Positions 63,792 through 64,000 of a stretch of DNA of 64,000 bases are shown in pieces. Each line of letters begins with the position of its first letter. The first letter of the stretch is position 1. Both the position numbers and the translations under genes were made by a program. The notes below the pieces were generated by a model. That model ran no database searches, was not told where the DNA came from, and saw only the letters and a program-made list of their open reading frames with translations. The DNA is from a virus (lineage: Duplodnaviria; Caudoviricetes), in the IMG/VR virus record IMGVR_UViG_2660238657_000001, positions 106,795 through 170,794 of that record; one strand, given 5' to 3'.

Positions 63792-63884
63792 GTGTACAAA
63801 AAAGTAAAATTTTTGGCGATTGAGATTATGTTTTGGATAAGCTTGGTACAATCTATAACAATTTTATTTAGTTCGTTTAGATAA
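63792..63884 (+). CDS. Small hydrophobic peptide with sequestered RBS, type I toxin-like, 30 aa
   Basis: GTG start; MYKKVKFLAIEIMFWISLVQSITILFSSFR*; leader AACACCTCCC pairs with GGGAGGTGTT RBS. Confidence 0.45.
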   Translation: MYKKVKFLAIEIMFWISLVQSITILFSSFR

Positions 63885-64000
63885 GTAAATAAAACTGTGA
63901 TTTTATGTTAAGTATCCACGCTGCTTTATGTATGTAATATTATTACAAACCCTAACCAATTTATGGTAAAATATAATTGTATACTATAATAGTGCATTTT

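Overview
AT-rich segment of a large clostridial (Clostridium botulinum group III / C. novyi-like) siphophage, probably maintained as a plasmid prophage. From left to right it contains: (1) an array of small-peptide/antisense cassettes with small DNA-binding genes (1.4-4.7 kb); (2) a ~1.2 kb non-coding, repeat-rich region; (3) a minus-strand FtsK/SpoIIIE + replication-relaxase + SpoIIIAC-like module; (4) a c-st-type tubR-tubZ-tubY partition locus and a candidate replication region; (5) a YonO-like single-subunit RNA polymerase followed by an SPbeta-like late region (HU, phosphoesterase, terminase, portal, capsid, tail, amidase, holin); (6) a cargo island with C3 exoenzyme, a type III ToxIN/AbiQ system and a RelE-type TA pair; (7) a ~2100-aa tape measure gene. 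Three morphogenesis genes are split by group I introns: terL, tape measure, and portal. The portal intron is an IS607-type IStron carrying tnpB and an Arc-like gene instead of tnpA. The least explained items are a coiled-coil (DUF6847/DIP1984-like) gene followed by a closed, structured ~330-nt RNA displaying ~13 YAAAGUU heptamers, a tRNA scaffold with an anti-Shine-Dalgarno-like insertion in its anticodon loop, a second structured RNA, and the two-peptide fold-back cassettes. All family assignments come from motif recognition by eye; no database searches or folding programs were run.
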